This document shows positions 63,602 through 64,000 of a stretch of DNA of 64,000 bases, piece after piece. How positions within the stretch are numbered: the stretch's first letter is position 1; every line of letters starts with the position of its first letter. Position numbers and translations under genes: made by a program. The DNA comes from Candidatus Saccharimonadota bacterium (lineage in GTDB: Bacteria; Patescibacteriota; Saccharimonadia; Saccharimonadales; UBA10212): assembly GCA_016187175.1 (NCBI GenBank), contig JACPKG010000022.1:11989-75988 (forward strand). The letters are read 5' to 3'. A model generated the notes under the pieces. That model worked only from the letters and a program-made list of their open reading frames with translations. It was not told the DNA's origin and made no database searches.

Positions 63602-64000
63602 CTAACTTATTTCCGTAACTACTTCTTCTATACCAAGATTCTTTTCGTCGCCTGACTCGAGATTTTTGAGTTTGAATTTTCCAGTTTTGATTTCCTGCTC
63701 GCCAATAAAAATGGCGTATTTCATGCCAGATTTGGCGGCGTTTTTGATCTTAGCGTCGAGTTTTCGATCGGTACCGTCTACAGCAATCCTTAAGCCTTTG
63801 GCGCGCATAGTGGACAAAACTTTCTGAGCTGCATCGTAAACACCGCCAATTAAAATCACGACAGCGTCAGTCTCGGATTTTAGCTTCGGTAGCAATTTGT
63901 GTAGTTCCAGAAAGTTTTGCAGCGTTACATCGCCCATGCCAAAACCGACAGTCGGTACCGGCTCCACGCCGAAAGCACCAACTAGACCATCATAGCGACC
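63602..64000 (-). CDS. hisS: histidine--tRNA ligase, C-terminal part (5' end outside window)
   Basis: The frame is open to the window edge. It contains RYDGLVGAFG, the motif-3 region GFGMGD and a class IIa anticodon-binding domain. Confidence 0.85.
   Translation of the reverse strand, partial: GRYDGLVGAFGVEPVPTVGFGMGDVTLQNFLELHKLLPKLKSETDAVVILIGGVYDAAQKVLSTMRAKGLRIAVDGTDRKLDAKIKNAAKSGMKYAIFIGEQEIKTGKFKLKNLESGDEKNLGIEEVVTEIS

Overview
The window is a 64-kb core-genome segment, about 90% coding, with nearly all genes on the minus strand. It comes from a small-genome bacterium. Gene content and order fit a CPR/Patescibacteria (Saccharibacteria-like) organism, but this is inference only, because no rRNA gene lies in the window and no database search was possible. 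Reading the minus strand from high to low coordinates the order is: hisS(partial) | tig | clpP | rpoB-rpoC | rpsL-rpsG-orf78-fusA-fabD-like | tuf-rpsJ | [789-bp non-coding gap] | rplC-rplD-rplW-rplB-rpsS-rplV-rpsC-rplP-rpmC-rpsQ-rplN-rplX-rplE-rpsN-rpsH-rplF-rplR-rpsE-rplO-secY-infA-rpmJ-rpsM-rpsK-rpsD-rpoA-rplQ-rplM-rpsI | orf75-trpS-rluD-holB | TPR | a small islet at tRNA-Tyr holding a RelE/RelB-type toxin-antitoxin pair | tRNA-Tyr/Thr | DHH | tRNA-Thr | rpmG-tRNA-Trp-kinase-DUF45-secE-nusG-rplK-rplA | dcd-tmk fusion | rplJ-rplL | orf170-dnaX-dnaB | membrane protein | ybaB-recR-DHH-cysS. Plus-strand genes encode cell-envelope functions: PAP2, VanY, an alpha/beta hydrolase, two GT4 glycosyltransferases and an AI-2E permease. 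A minus-strand gnd-pgl pair lies among them. I found five tRNAs and one unlisted small gene (rpmJ). There is no rRNA, CRISPR array, transposase or phage gene. The unusual signals are mostly non-coding. (1) A 789-bp structure-rich insert separates rpsJ from rplC. (2) An 80-bp palindromic repeat family (GAGGTCCGACC...GGTCGGACCTC) occurs three times. (3) A roughly 150-nt element is shared by the rplK and rpsM leaders, with a partial inverted copy upstream of rplF. (4) A 49-bp promoter cassette is duplicated in front of dnaX and dcd. (5) At least 12 genes have a -10 hexamer 6-8 nt before the start codon, implying leaderless mRNAs, while ribosomal-protein genes carry an extended CGACTGnAAGGAG motif. 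(6) The spacers inside the ribosomal operons are long and each is built from short tandem words. The coding oddities are a Tmk fusion with a degenerate ThyX-like domain next to dcd, a FabD-like gene and a translationally coupled 78-aa ORF inside the str operon, and long low-complexity extensions on several ribosomal proteins. uL30, adk and map are absent from the spc operon. Coordinates of hand-mapped small features were anchored on ORF-track coordinates where possible, but they may be off by 1-2 nt.
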